The notes under the pieces: model-generated
The model's database searches: none
What the model was told of the DNA's origin: nothing
The model's input: the letters and a program-made list of their open reading frames with translations, nothing else
Program-made: the position numbers and the translations under genes
Part shown: positions 1-15,150 of the stretch, in pieces
How positions within the stretch are numbered: position 1 is the stretch's first letter
Layout of the letters: each line of letters begins with the position of its first letter
From: the human T2T-CHM13v2.0 reference genome, Homo sapiens
Reading direction: 5' to 3' (one strand)
NCBI RefSeq assembly: GCF_009914755.1
Contig: NC_060937.1
Length of the DNA: 64,000 nt

Positions 1-1351
1 CATAGAGATAGAGCTCATGTTTTTCATAGTTAGTTGTCTGAAAACAGGATGCTTTGCATGTAGATGACACTATGTGCCTGAATCATGATATTTACAAAGC
101 TAAATTCTCAAGTTAAATTCTCAGATAAAATTAATTACATTGATATGAATCCTGCTGGATCTATGAAACTAAAATAATATAATTGGTGAAAGCATAGGCA
201 TATGCTAACATAAATAATTTAGAGAAGTGATTGCTGTGAGACAACTGAGAATACTATTTTTGTGAAGCAAATAGGGAGAAAGTGGAAAACTATGTTAATG
301 CTATGGTATTTATTTCAGAATAACACACATAAATTCTAAAATAAGTTCTTTATGTGCTTTTATATAACATGTAGTAATTTCACTTATTCGATGTTTTCTC
401 CAGTTTAGGAGTATTTATACTTCTTGTTCTCTATTTTTCTAGATCTAGATATTAATACCAACACTTACTTGAATAAATTAATAGCACTTGATCCCTAATT
501 CTTAAAATAATGTCTTAAAAATCATTTGAGAAAACAGTTAATGAATAATTAATTTTATCTGAAAATATAAAACAATAAAAATGAGAAATAAAAATATAGC
601 TTACTTTGCTAGATTTTAGAGCATATAAATACTGCATGTATTTACGCTTGAAAAGGATGTCGTATATCTATCAATGCACTAGATATGATAATTTTTTATT
701 TGTAAGACAGAACTGGAAACTCTTTACAAAATGGTTACTGATATAACACTCTAACAGAGTAAAAGCATAGAGTTTAATAATAAAGTATGACCTTTGTGAC
801 CTTAATGGACAAGGTTGAACATTAGCATTAAGTTCCAAGCCATTTGAATCCATAAAGCACAGTGTTAATATCTAATTTTGAATGAATTTTGGACTGCCCA
901 CAAATGCCTTACACCACTTCCTGAGCCATTTCATCAACAGCTTGCTAGACTGCATCCAGTTCACCATCTGGAAGTGTCACTTGCTACAAAATAAACCTGC
1001 TCCCTGGATGACAGCAGGATACCTAAGCATCTGCTGTTTAATAAGCTGCAGCAGAACATCCACCAGCAGCACAGAAAGGGGCAATATTTCAAGGAAATGA
1101 TGGAATCATTTAATATTAGCCCTTGAATGCACCTTAGGGATTCATCTAATTCATCATTTTCAAGGTGTATTCCATGGGATACTAGTAACTGCCGTATGAC
1201 AATAGGGACTCCATGTTTAAAAAATAAAAAGCTCCTCCAACCCTCAATTAAGTTTAGATAATGCTATGTTAACAAAGACAAGTCAGAATTGATATCAAAT
1301 GATAATGCTGTAAACTGTATGGTCTTAATTAGGATATAAGACATTTAAAAA

Positions 1352-1413
1352 GTATATACACATATATATATACACACACATATATATATATACACACACA
1401 TATATATATATAT
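1352..1413. repeat. Compound (TA)n(CA)n microsatellite
   Basis: Alternating tatata/cacaca blocks with an approximately 20-bp higher-order period. Confidence 0.9.
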
Positions 1414-4400
1414 CCAGAAATAAGGCATAACATAAAAACTAACCAAAAAAATGAGGCACAATTAGCGGGTGGGGGAAAGGCAACAGAGGTTTGGAATCTG
1501 CCTTCACAGAGGAGTAATTGTACAATGGAAAGAACATTTCATTTTGCGGGGTCGGTCCTGTATTTCATCTTTGATAATTCTGCTTTTTCTTTTCATTGTG
1601 AAAGATAATTGCTACTTCTTTTTACTTTCCTAATCCCTTTCTCTTCTTAATTTACCTCTCAGATAAAAGATCAAATTTGGACAAATTTTGAAGAAATCCT
1701 AGACCTAAGTCCCATAGACTGGGGAAAATGCTAATCTGCGTGATATTTATAAACTTCCAACCATAGATTTTGTTCTCTAAGTCACAGTCATGTCTCTAAT
1801 ATCACAATCACAGGTATGATTTTCAAATTTATACTAGTTCATATTCCTTTGTTATTGCCTTTTCTTAAATTATGAAGTATTTTAAGCATATATAAACATA
1901 TAGAAAGAAATATTACAAATGTTTATATGCCTACCACATAGTGTAATATATCCTAACATTTTCCCATATTTCATTCAGATTTGTTTTTGAGAGATAAAAC
2001 ATTAAAAATATAATTAAAGCTCTTTGTATCTTTCTTTTATGCCATTTTTCTCTTCTTTTCCAAGAATTCAGAGTCAAGAGTATGTGAACTTTTTTATGTT
2101 GAAATTAATACAAAATAATCACTACTTTCCTGGCCTTTTTTCCAAAGTATCCTGATCTTCTGTGACTTCAGGTAAAACAAGTTTCTCTCTTTGACTCATG
2201 CAGAGTATTTAGATTACATCATCTTTTTTCATAAAATCCTGAGCCTAAAGTTTCTTTTTTCCCCTCTTTGGTGGTGTAATTTGCAGAACAACAATCATGA
2301 GTTATCAAGGAGGAATTTCGATGCCATGTTTCAGGTTAAAGGTGTGTGCCTCATTACAGTACTGTGAGTATCTTATTTCTAAAGAGCAGCAGCACTAAGC
2401 TTCTCAGAGAGAAAAAAAAAAGCATCAAATTTGTACAAATTGGAAAAATAAAGTGCCAACAGAGAGACAACAGAACATGTTTTAGGGAAGCAGAAGTTCC
2501 ATAGAAAAATAGCCTGTGGAGTCTGTGTATTTAAAGAATCAACTTTCAGCCATTACAGACTGAGAGAAAAAAATTGTTTCCAGTTAGTGAACATGTGAGG
2601 ATGGTTTCGGTATTACTTAGAGTTCTCGTTTGATGGCTGCAGGTAGAAACACTGCTAACTCCAGTTTGCTTTACAGTCAGCTACGTAATTGGTGCTGAAG
2701 ATAGTGAAACTTGCACAGAGATATTGTCCATCTCCTAGGAGATGAAACCTCCATGACTTTATAATAAGGGAGAAATGAAGAACATTGCAGTCTAATGAGG
2801 ACAACAGTTAGGTGAAATTTTCACTAATGAGAAATTGATTGAAAAAGAAGCAGAGATCCAGTTAAACATGGTGGGTTGAACACATGCTTCTATCTACACA
2901 TTCTCTGGAAACTCTGTCAATGTAACAATGAAGAATTTTAAAAAGTTATAAACATATAAGCATCAAGAAAGGAGAGTCAAGAAGATAGTATATATGTCAA
3001 CAAGTTTGAAATGTGGGTGAAACTCAGCAGGGTTGAGAAAGTTGATAGTTAAGCTTTCAGGGAGATGGTTAAGAAATACTTTAGATATTATGAAAAGTCT
3101 CAGGAATGGGAGTGTGTTATAAAAAGGTGTGCTGCTTTGGTTAGAAGCCAGAAGATTGTTTGAAAATTTGTTATAAAACGTTATCAAAGGTTCTCTTGTC
3201 CCTCATGCACAGCCAGGCAATGCTGGTGAGTATTCTATAGATTCCTCTCTGAAGTTGAATTAGAGGACTGCAGAAATACACGTGAAGATGGTACTGATGG
3301 AATAAAAACAGGAGTAAGTGAGATTTTTACATGCTTAACAGGTGATTCCTCACCTCCTTCTTGAACTTGCTTGTAGATTGGGGCAGACATTTTCAGATTG
3401 GAACTATTCTTTCTGAGGAAGAAAAACCTGGAAACTTAAGAGAAAAGAGCTACATATTCTCAACTAGGCTGATGGATCTCAATAATAATCAATGGCTAAT
3501 CAACTCAGTGCAGGGGATTACTTGTGCCTCTTTCCTCAATAGGAGTTGAGAGGCAAGGAATGTGAGACATCTGTGGAGAATGGTTAATACGAGAAAAAGA
3601 GACCAGCACAAGAGAAACACCCAGAATGACAGTCACACAGCTGACATATAGAGGAGACTATTTATATTGGAGAAGGAGAACTGAGAATTCCAGTAACACT
3701 TTCTCCAAAAAAAAGAAGGAAAAAAAGAAACTAATAGAAATACTGATGTGTTTGTTTTAAAGGAGATATTCACTTCTATGGGCAAGTTTGAGGATAAATT
3801 AAAGTACACAAAAACACCTCTCATTAGTTATAAATATGCTGTACTATAACTATGAGGGGGAAAGAAATTGTACAAGAAAGGAAATAGTATACCAATATAT
3901 CACATAACTCAGCTACAGATCATAGTCAAAAATTAAAGGAAAATGTTAATAGAAATAATAAAGAGCATATTACCCAATATTTTCTTCTAGCTACACTGAA
4001 AGGATAGCATCATTTGGGGAATGTCTGTTTTGGATTAATGTAGATAGGAGGGTTATGGTGGTTGTTTGAAGGTAAGGAAGATAAGCCCCAAACATCCAAA
4101 GATATAATTTCATAGGTAATAGTTAAAAATAAATAAGTTAGATATATAATATCTATGACTAAAAAAATCAAGAAGAAATGTGTATAAAGTTACAATAAAA
4201 GATGACACGAAAATTGCTGCCTCTGGGAATGGCATATAAAGAAAGACGAGGCACACCTAATTTTTCATAACAAGTTTCCTACATCTCTGATTGCAAATCC
4301 ATGGACATGTACTATTTTGCTAAAAATAAAACAATTTTCAGAGAAAAGGGAACAGAGGAAGAAAAGACAAAAATGTGCAGGATGATCTTTGGCAGGGGGT

Positions 4401-5549
4401 TCATATACCAACAAAAGGAAAAGACTCCCATAGCTTCAAGGAGTGTGAAAACAAGGTGGTAAGGATTGGTAAATATTGTAGATATTCTTTGAGCTATTTA
4501 GAAAAAATATAGATTTTTTATATTATGGAAAGGATGGAGAGAGAAGGATCTAGAGGAGGTGACAAGGTTCTTGTGGGCAAGAAATATCAACCTGGACTAT
4601 TATACTGGACATTTAACATTCTTGCTGCATAGTAGAGAACTGCTGGAGTAACTATGCATATACATTGCTTCAGTTGACATGGAGGTATAGGATTGGAATA
4701 TAGTGAGTGTGGATGCTTATGTCAGTTACACTATGTCTGGGGTACTCATTTTTGGTTGACAATGGGAAATTGGGGAAGCAGTAAGTAATAAGTATCCAGC
4801 TTCAAAGAAATAATCTTGCCAAGATAAAACAGCATGGGCATGCAATAACCAAATAAAGGACAATGCATCTCTTCAGTGATGAATAGAGGCCAGCCAAGAT
4901 ATTTGTTCTTAGTCATACTTGCCTAAATGTTCTAATAAATATTTATTTAAGAGTTCATGATAATTAATATAGAATCTATATAGAATTAATATAGAATATG
5001 TAGATAATACGATATAGAATTTTATATATAGAATATTTATAGTTAATATAGTAACCTAATATAGGTTACTGAAAGCAGTCTTGTTGTGTGGGCCTATGTA
5101 TCTCCTCTCATTCCACAGTGTGGACTCTTTCTTTCACAACTAATTATCTGATGTCTTTGTAAAGTCCATACTTTAAAAAGTGTTCCTTTCCAGACACATA
5201 GACAACTGGATAGAGTGAATGCACTTGAAGAACAACATTTAGTTTCCTGATGACTTGAGTGGAAAAACCACTTTAGTATCTTTCTCAGAGCCATCCAGAA
5301 TAGACACATTTCGGTCCATGTTTCATAATTTCTAACATAATGTCTTTAACTATGAAATTGAAATAATTAAATTAGAAACTTAAAAATTCAGTATCCTGCG
5401 GGACCTGAGCGTAAGATTTGGAATCATATGACCATTTATTAATTGAATAACTCAAGGGAAATTTTTAAAATAAAACTAAAACAATCCTTGAAGATTGATG
5501 ATAGGAGGAGTGATGGTCAAAACTCATAGTCTTGACTCTTTTTTTATGA

Positions 5550-5898
<349 letters not shown>

Positions 5899-6079
5899 TC
5901 ACTAATTTTCATAGCAGCTCCAGAATGAACCCAGTGAATTGGGGCCCCCTAATTCCTTGGAACACAACTGAAATATAGCTAGGGCATTTAATCATGACTT
6001 CACTGTCATATTTTCTGGAAGCTAACACCTAATCTAGTTAGAAAACTTACAATCAACTTTTTGATAATTTTCCCTATTA

Positions 6080-6409
<330 letters not shown>

Positions 6410-6974
6410 TCAAAAATTGGTAATGCTATGTTTTCAATTCTTACCCACTTTCTTTCTTAAATGTCACAATGAGAATTCAAGTCTATACCTAATTCAACTT
6501 CAGAGTACAAATATTTTTGTGAAATCACCTCAGGAAATTGACAATTATTGCATCATTGTGATACACTTCTAATTTTTAATGATATTTTAAGCTTCAGTAT
6601 ATAAGCATCTTTAAGCCTCAGTATGTAAATTCTAGCTATATGAAAGACTCATAATTCTGTCTGCATTTTCTATTTGTCTAAATTTTTGTTTTGTTTTTAT
6701 CATAATTAAATTAAATATTGTTGAAAGTTAACTAGTTCTTCCTGAAAATCTGCCAACACATTTTTCTTTTGGAAGCTGTTGGTATCTGTGTCATATTCTT
6801 CATCATGTATGAATCCATTCACCATGAACTTCTAGCTTTGAAAAGATTTATTCTACACTGAGAAATTTGGCAATTTCTACCACCTTTGATTACATTTCCT
6901 GGTATGTGACAGGCCACTTTCTGTGTTGGAAAATAAAAATCTTTTTGTGCTGGATCACAGTGCTATTATTTTGA

Positions 6975-7269
<295 letters not shown>

Positions 7270-8251
7270 GAGGACATTTTAAAAAATGTTCAGGGATCTC
7301 AATTTAAGTTAAAATTTAAATCTCTGCTGTGTTGTACTGGCAAATAAGTTGACAAAAAGATAAACAAGTAAGGCCTATGACTAGGTTTGCCCCTGGGTAG
7401 ATAGTAAAATTGATGGTGAACCTCAAACTTTGAATCTGATTGTCATCTGGCACATTTCTCTTGGCATTGATTATAAGACATATACAAAGGCCAGAAATTA
7501 TAATTTAGGATGTAAAAAATAATAATAATAACTTGAGTACCAGTGTGTGAAGGTAAGAAACGAATATGAACATAAGCAGTCTTATGCAACTGGGTAATAC
7601 AACTTCATTGTAATAAAAGAAACCTATACAGGAGTTGTTTAAAGTGCTATGTTTTGAAGAACATGCTGATTTTGAAGTTGCATGTGCACATTGAGCTACA
7701 TTTGTATAGCAAACGAAATAAACTCTTTGTGTTACAGGTTTTGAGGAATGTTATAGACATTAGTGTTGAGCAGCAGGGAGAGCTATAAAAGTCCAGGCTA
7801 CTCCTTGGAACCACCATTGAATCGACTTCAAATTTAAGTTTACTTATCTTTGAGATCCACTATTTCTCTTCATTCCTTCAGGTTTATCTTTATAAGACAG
7901 AGGCTTTCTTTATCTTCCCACCTGAAAGTATACCCAAACCTGTCTAGAAACTTTAAAACTCAGATCTTATGACTCAAACATGAGCATATCATAATATAAT
8001 AATGAAAATCTGATATTCACGAATGAAATAACACAATTCATACCTGTATTTCATGTGTAAAATGGCCATGTCATCTCTACCCTTTCTGATTTTTTCTGTT
8101 AATCATCTACAATTTGTTTCAAGAATAAAATAAAAAAATTTTTGCAAAGAGTTTAATGTTTAAAATGGCTGCCATTATTATTTAAAATATCTAGCAATCA
8201 ACATATTTTAGATTTTAATAGTATAAATAATACATGTGGGTAGTAGATTGG

Positions 8252-9065
8252 TGTGGTGGCAGAATAATAGCTCCCAGAGATGTCCAAGCATAATTACGAG
8301 AACTTGTGACAATGTTGCCTTACAGGAAAAAGTGTCTTTGCCAATATGGTTAAGGGTGGCACAGACTTTGAGATGAGAGATTATCCTGGAATATCCAGAT
8401 GCACCCAATCAAATAATGTAAACGTAATAGGTTCATTGCCTGATGTACTCCTCGGTGGGAGTCTTCAAATTGGTTGCTGGAATTCAGGGTCTGAACAACA
8501 TCTTAAGTGATCCTTAAACAAAAGCTTTGTGACTCTAATGTCAGAGATCGTGCCTGTAGGATAAATGGGGATGCAAATCTTCAGTATCTAGTGCTATGCG
8601 ATTTTTAGCAACAAGGAAGTGGGCCAAAGTTCAGCCTGATTAATGCCTAATTATAGCTATATTTCTGTCCAGAACCCAGAGTGGATTTCTTGTCAACTCT
8701 GTGAGGACGTTTTCAATCACATGAGATTTTAAAAGCAGAGAACCTTTCCCAGTTGAGGGCAGAGAATTTAAAGACAGTGGCATGAGAAGAACTGGAACCA
8801 CCATTGCTGGCTTTGAAGGTGGAGATAGCGGCCCCAGCCAAGGAATGTGGAAGGTCTCTAGAATCTGGAAAAGTGAAACAGAATTTTTCCTAGAACCTTC
8901 AGAAAGGAACATAGGTCCACTGACACTTCAATTTTATTCCAGTGAGACCCAGGTCTAACTTGTGAACTACAAATTGAAAGGTGATAAATGTGTATTGTTT
9001 AAGCCACCAAGTTTGTGAAAGCCACCAAGTTTGTTCCATCGGCAATAGAATATCATATTAATACA
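8252..9065 (+). mobile_element. MaLR LTR (MLT1D-like), interrupted by a nested LTR
   Basis: Starts tgtggtggcagaataat, contains 'accattgctggctttgaaggtggag' and 'ttgtttaagccaccaagtttgt', ends taataca. Confidence 0.8.
8417..8715 (-). mobile_element. Short ERV1-class solo LTR, probably internally deleted (LTR26-like, tentative)
   Basis: TG...CA termini and imperfect 4-bp flanks (ataa/atca). It splits the MLT1 at its 'cccaat...aatcaca' motif. The minus strand begins tgaaaacgtcctcacagagttgacaagaa. Confidence 0.55.
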
Positions 9066-9204
9066 GTAGGATTTTAAATTCTGGTAGCACAACATTAAAA
9101 TTAAACTATCTATAATTTATATTATGAGACAACGTAGGAAAAAGCAGAGAAATGTTGAACAATCAAATGAATTGTCAAGATGTGTCAAATGTGTATGTCA
9201 CATG

Positions 9205-9619
9205 TGATACAATTTGGATATTTGTCTCCTTTGAATCTCATGTTGAAATGTGACCCCCAATATTGGAAGTGAGGCCTGGTGGGAGATGTTTAGGTGTTGG
9301 GGTGTGAATCCCTTATGACTAGCTAGGTGCTCTCCCATGTTAATAAGTGAGTTCTCCCCTTAGCGGTTCATGGAGGACTGGTTGTTTAAAAGAGCATGGC
9401 ACCCTTCTCCTTACTCTCTTGCTCCTTCTCTCAGCATGTGATACACTAGGTCCCCTTGCTTTCCATGAGCAAAAGCTTCCTGAGGGCCTCACCAGAAGCA
9501 AATGCTGGTGCTATGCTTCCTGACTAGCTCACACAACTGTGAGCCCAATAAACCTCCTTTCTTCTTAAATTACCCAGCTGCAGGAATTCCTTTATGGCAA
9601 TGTAAAACATATTGATACA
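9205..9619 (+). mobile_element. MST-family MaLR solo LTR
   Basis: tgatacaatttggatatttgtc...aatctcatgttgaaatg...aataaacctccttt...gataca. Flanks acatg/tcatg. Confidence 0.85.
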
Positions 9620-9847
9620 TCATGGTACTAGAATTTAAGTGTAAGCCTAGAGTTAAAGGAATACCCAATAAATAGAAACAAAGTAGAGCAAATGAACAGA
9701 AAAATATAGTTAAATATTATTTGATTAATTTACTAAACCTTCATAAAGGTGTTTGTGTTTGAAATTATTCCATTATTTTAAAGAAAAGAGAAAGGCATAT
9801 CATCAGGAGAGTGTTAAAAGACTCTAGTTCTATATTTCAAAGTAGGT

Positions 9848-10342
9848 ATATTAGTTTCCCGTGGCTGATGTAACAAATTACCACAAACTTAGTGACCTAA
9901 AACAACACACATTTATTCACCTACAGTTCTGGGGGTCAGAAGTCTAAAAGTGTATTTCACTGGGCAGAAACCTAGGTTTTGGTGGGGTGGGTATATTTTC
10001 AGAGACTGTAGGAAAGAAAATGTTTCCTTGCCTTTTCCAGACTCTAAGGTTGCATTCCTTCACTCATGCTCTCTCCTTCATTGTTCAGATCTGCAGCTCA
10101 GCATCTTCAAATCTCTGTTTTGTTCTTACATCTTTTTCTCATTTATCTCCTTTCTCTCTTGCTGTATTCCTCTTAAAGAGATGCATGTGATCGCATTTAG
10201 GGACCATCCTAATAATCTAGGACAATCTCTCCATCTTAACATCCTCAATTTAATCATATCTGCAAAGATGCTTTTTCAAATATGGTAACATTCACAGATT
10301 CTGTGGATTATGACCTGATGCAGGAACCATTAGCTTACTACA
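9848..10342 (-). mobile_element. MLT1 MaLR LTR
   Basis: 'gtaacaaattaccacaaacttagtgacctaaaacaacacac' and 'taatcatatctgcaaag' motifs. Confidence 0.8.
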
Positions 10343-10953
10343 GTAAGTTTGAAATGAAATGTTTATTTCCTTTACACATTGATTGTTTTCCTCTCTTTCT
10401 CTAAAGTATCACTCTCTCTTTTTCTCTCTGTCTGTCTTTCTATGTTTAATACACTTTGAAAATGATGACACAAGATATGAATTTAAGGTAACCTGATTAT
10501 ACAAAAATCTCTCTTACATGTTTTGTAAGAATTATTTCCTTATGTGTCTTAATAGCAAAAGATCTGACCTCAGTATATACACTCTGTCATTCTCATTTCC
10601 CCGGAAAACTCTTTCAAGGCAGAAACTGCTTAGAATATTTTTCTGGTTAGAATATTTGATAAGCTTGTATCAAAGCACACATCTGATTACAGATGATCAA
10701 TATTTAAAAATTGACTTGAACAATTAAATTTAATTTGATGAGTTCTGGCCTCAAAACTTTATCAAATAAAGCTATTTCATGACTTGACAAAAGTAATTCA
10801 TTTTTCCTAGAACAGATTTATGAGAATGCTGTAGGTTTTTAGGATTTTAATGCTGTAGGTTCTTCTGTTAATCTATTTCTTCTCCACTAGAAGAAAAAAA
10901 AAGCTTATATTTTGGGAAAACACTTTTATAGCGGAAGAGAGGCCAAGTGTTCT

Positions 10954-12101
10954 TTTTTTTTTTTCTCTTTTCTTCAACTTTTATTTTAAGTTCTGGGGTA
11001 TATATGCAGGATGTGCACGTTTGTTACATAGGTAAATGTGCGCCATGGTGGTTTGCTGCACAGATCAGCCCATCACCTCGGTATTCAGCCCAGCATCTAT
11101 TAGCTATTATTCCTGATGCTCTCTCTCTCCCCCTGCTTTATTACCCCCAACAGCCCCAGTGTGTGATGTTCCCCACCATATGTCCTCATTGTTCAGCTCC
11201 TACTTGTGAGAATATGCAGTGTTTGGTTTTCTGTTCCTGCATTAGTTTGGTGAGAACAATAGCTTCCAGCTCCATCCATGTCCCTGCAAAGGACATGATC
11301 TCATTTATTTTTATGGCTGTATGGTATTCCATTGTGTATATGTACCACATTTTCTTTATCCAGTCCATCATTGATGGGCATTTGGCTTGATTCCATGTCT
11401 TTGCTATTGTTAATAGTGCTGCAATTAACATATACGTGCATATATATACATATATTATATATATAAAATATAATAATTTATATTCCTTTGGGTATATACC
11501 CGGTAAAGGGATTGCTGGGTCAAATGGTATTTCTGCCTCTAGATGTTTGAAAAATTGCCACACTGTCTTCCACAATGGTTGAACTAATTTACACTCCCAC
11601 CAACAGTGGAAAAGTGTTCCTTTTTCTCCACGACCTCACCAGCATGTAACCTCACCAGCATTTGTTTTCTTTTTACTTTTTAATAATTGTCATTGTGACT
11701 GGTGTGAGGTGGTATCTCATCGTGGTTTTGATCTGCATTTTCCTAATGATCAGAGATGTTGAGCTTTTTTTCATATGTTTGTTGGCTGCCTGTATGTCTT
11801 CTTTTAAGACGTGTCAGTTCATGTCCTTTGCCCACTTTTTAATGGGGTTGTTTGTTTTTTCTTGTAAGTTTGTTTAAGTTCCTTGTAGACTCTGGATATT
11901 AGACCTTGGGCAGATGGATATATTGCAAAATTTTTCTCTCATGCTGTAGGTTGTCTGTTCACTCTGATGATAGTTTCTTTGGCTGTGCGGAACCTCCTTA
12001 GTTTAATTAGATTCCATTTGTTAATTTTTGCTTTTGTTGCAATTTCTTTTGGAGTTTTTCTTCTGAAATCTTTGCTTGTGCCTATGTCCTGAATGGTATC
12101 G
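10954..12101 (-). mobile_element. 5'-truncated L1PA (about L1PA8-10), 3' UTR plus ORF2 C-terminus
   Basis: ORF 11186-11575 encodes ORF2p C-terminal sequence (WIKKMWYIYTMEY, MSFAGTWMELE). Degenerate TSD gagaggccaagtgttct (10937) / gagaggctgagttttct (12102). Confidence 0.93.
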
Positions 12102-12216
12102 GAGAGGCTGAGTTTTCTAGTAAAAAAATTGCTTTAATGGGTAGTGTCTGCACACATCAGTTTGTGTGAAGGATCATAGTCTATATCGAGAATCATCTAT
12201 GCCACTTTAACTCACT

Positions 12217-12325
12217 CAGGGCTACCACAATGCACAACTCCTGGGGTATCATTCTCAATTACATTTATGTATCTATGTAAATGGTGCACCTGGAGTCATG
12301 TGGCATATCCAGAGCTGCCGTATCT
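12217..12325. mobile_element. MER91-like hAT MITE fossil
   Basis: Imperfect internal palindrome cacaactcctggggtatcatt ... aatggtgcacctggagtcatgtg. Confidence 0.5.
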
Positions 12326-14308
12326 AATGGGCTTGCAAAATGGACTCAACTGCTTTAAACTGGAAATTCTTTTTTTTTTTTTTTGTAATTGAATTTGATA
12401 GTGGAGATTACAAAGCAAACAGGGAAATCTCCATTAAGGGGACGTGTTACAGAAAAACCTGAGGTGATCTAATATCTCCATGTTACTGAAAGGAATGAAT
12501 ACATTCATAATCCTATCAGTCCTAGTAAGAAGACATAGGCAGGAACTTCACTACTTGTAGAAAACCTGTTCCAATATTGTTTTATGTTTTTCATTATTAG
12601 TCACCCTAAACATTTCAGTAAAGTCTGTACTTTTGCCAGACACTGTGGTGAAACTGATACACAAATAGTAGTATCTCTTGGTTCTCACTTTCAAATAGGT
12701 CACAATCTCATGGAATTTGCAGAAAAGCACATATGAACATAATTCTCAGTTAAATAAACTATCTACAAGTCCACTTCTTATGGAGTGTGCCCTATCTACT
12801 CTAATCAAGAAACCAAATTTTACATTTTAATTTTTCTCTCTTTAAATTCTAAATGTGATTGTTGCGTGCATTATTTAATTCAACAACTGTTTATTGAATA
12901 TTCAGCAAGTTCTCATGTCATTTTTTTTCCAAAATAAAATACTAGTTCATCTTGTGATTCAAATAACATTATGGAGTGGGTTCTTTTGTTTTTTAATAAT
13001 GTTAGTAGCTTGTGTTTGTCATTAGTACAGTTGTCTGACTGTCTTTGAATGTTACAATGGCACTGGCTTTAGACAGTTCCTCAGGGCAGGGACTGAGTCT
13101 GCTTAAATTGCTTTGTGCAGAGCACAGGTGGCTGAGTAATAAACACTTTTTGCTGATGCAATGTCTTGTATTGAAGACAAAGCCTCTGATTACTTAGTGT
13201 TTTGAAATTAGTTTTTAAAGATGCATCAGGAATCCAATTAGTGTACAATGTGTGCATGACACCAAAATGGCTTTGGAGCAGATTAACAAGACCACAACAC
13301 CCTTATCTCAAAAAAATTATATTCTAAAACCAATAGTACAGGATGAAAACAAATGTGAGCATTGAATAATAGATTTTCTTTCCATAACCTTAATAAAATA
13401 CCTAATCTTGTACAAAACAAGTATGCAAATGTGTATGTGTCTATACATTTTTCTTCATCTCTCCATTATGCAGGTTAGAAATAGATCAATGGCATTGTTA
13501 TAGGCATAATCAGAAGCAAACTGGCATTAGCTGAGCTATGAATATTAGTTTGAAATGTTCAATGTAATTTTTTATTTTTGTTTTTTTCTCATATTAAATA
13601 TTATCTAGGGAGAAAGTATCATTCTTTCTGGAATACCTGCCACTCCAGGTCTTGCTCTCCAGAGCAAATCCCCTGGTCATCTTTTGAGAGGCCTTTGGAT
13701 TTCAGAAGAGATATGAGAGGCACAGTTCATTCATTTGACCTGTAACCCATCTAGCTGCTCTGACTTAATCTCTTTTCTCATCTTGGCTTACCTGTGACTT
13801 ACACATGGAACATAGGCTTCTGCTTTTCTTGTCTTTTTAATCCAACTCCCATCAACGATGCCAGAGTAATCATCTACAAAGCAAGCAATCATACCACACA
13901 TCTATCTAAATTTACTCATTGGCTTATTTGTCTTCCCTGATTGCAAATTCTGAAAAAACACAGTTCATTTCTCATTACACTTCCATCCTAAGGCTTGTAC
14001 ATAATACACACTCAATACCTGTTTGTTAATCACATGGCTGGATTGATCTGACAACATCTTGATCCTTCACTTTTGACTCAGTGTTATCCCAGGTTTTCAT
14101 TTAAATTTTCTGTTTGTGTTTTAAATTTTAGCCCTTGCCATATCATGGTAATTCTCATTCCATTTTCCCTCTTGATTTGCAGTGCTAGGCTTACTCAATC
14201 TCATCAAGCTATAGATTGTCTTCCACGTAGGGTACCTGGTTACTATAATGCATATTGGAGTAGTCTCATACAATTTTTCTACCTACATCTTTTTTTTATT
14301 GTTGCTGT

Positions 14309-14745
14309 AACACATAATCACATACTTACTAGCTTAAAATAAAATGAATTTATCCTCTTAGAGTTCTGGAAGACAGAAGTTTCAAAACACTATTACAGGA
14401 CTAAAATCAAGATGTTGGCAGAACCATCTCCTTCGGGAGGCTCCAGGAGAGAATCTGCTTCTTTTTTCAACTTTTAGAGGGCACTGGCATGCTTTGACTC
14501 GTGGCCATATCACAATGTCTGCTTCTGTCTTCACCTCCCCTTCCCCTCTCTGTAGTCAAATCTTCTTCGTCTCCTTGTAAGTACCCTTCTGATTATATTG
14601 GGCCCACCATGTAATCAAGGATAACATTCCCATCTCAAAATCTTTAAATTAATCACATTTGTAATGTTCCCTTTACCATGAAAGGTAACGCATTTACAGG
14701 TTTCGGGGATTCTTACATTGACATCTTTGGGACCATTATTCATCA
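14309..14745 (-). mobile_element. MLT1 MaLR LTR
   Basis: 'ttgctgtaaca...agcttaaaataaaatgaatttatcctctta', 'gattatattgggccca', 'ttaatcacatttg'. Confidence 0.75.
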
Positions 14746-14759
14746 TATCTTATTACCCT

Positions 14760-15150
14760 TGTTTTTATTTAAATTGGCAAGTAAAAACTATACATATTTA
14801 TGGTGAATAATATGATATTTTCATCTATGTATAGATGTGAAATGTATGTATAGATTGTGAAATGGCTAAGTTAAGCTATTTAATATACGCATTACCTCAC
14901 ATACTTTTTTGGTGAGAACACTTAAAATCTACCTTCTTAGCTATTTTCAAGTATACATTTATTGTTATTAACTATAGTCACCATGATATACAATAGATCC
15001 CTTGAACGTTTATTTATCATGTGCAACTAAAATTTTGTGTCCTTTGACCAACATCTTCCCAATCCCCCCTCCTCCTCCAGCACCTGGTAATCATCATTTT
15101 TCTCTGTGTTTCTATAAGTTCCAATTTTTAGATTCCACATGTAAGTGAGC
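14760..15150 (-). mobile_element. L1MA 3' end fragment
   Basis: 'gcattacctcacata...gtgagaacacttaaaatctac...gattccacatgtaagtgag'. Confidence 0.8.

Noticed and set aside
882-1100. 72-aa ORF in unique sequence
   Set aside because: No recognisable homology and no convincing splice context.
9001-9035. Micro-duplications (also about 11633-11661 and 46719-46741)
   Set aside because: Ordinary slippage duplications of 11-18 bp.
10947-11877. 147-aa and neighbouring ORFs (similar ones at 31620-32065 and 43628-44050)
   Set aside because: They are antisense or fragmentary frames of truncated L1 3' ends.
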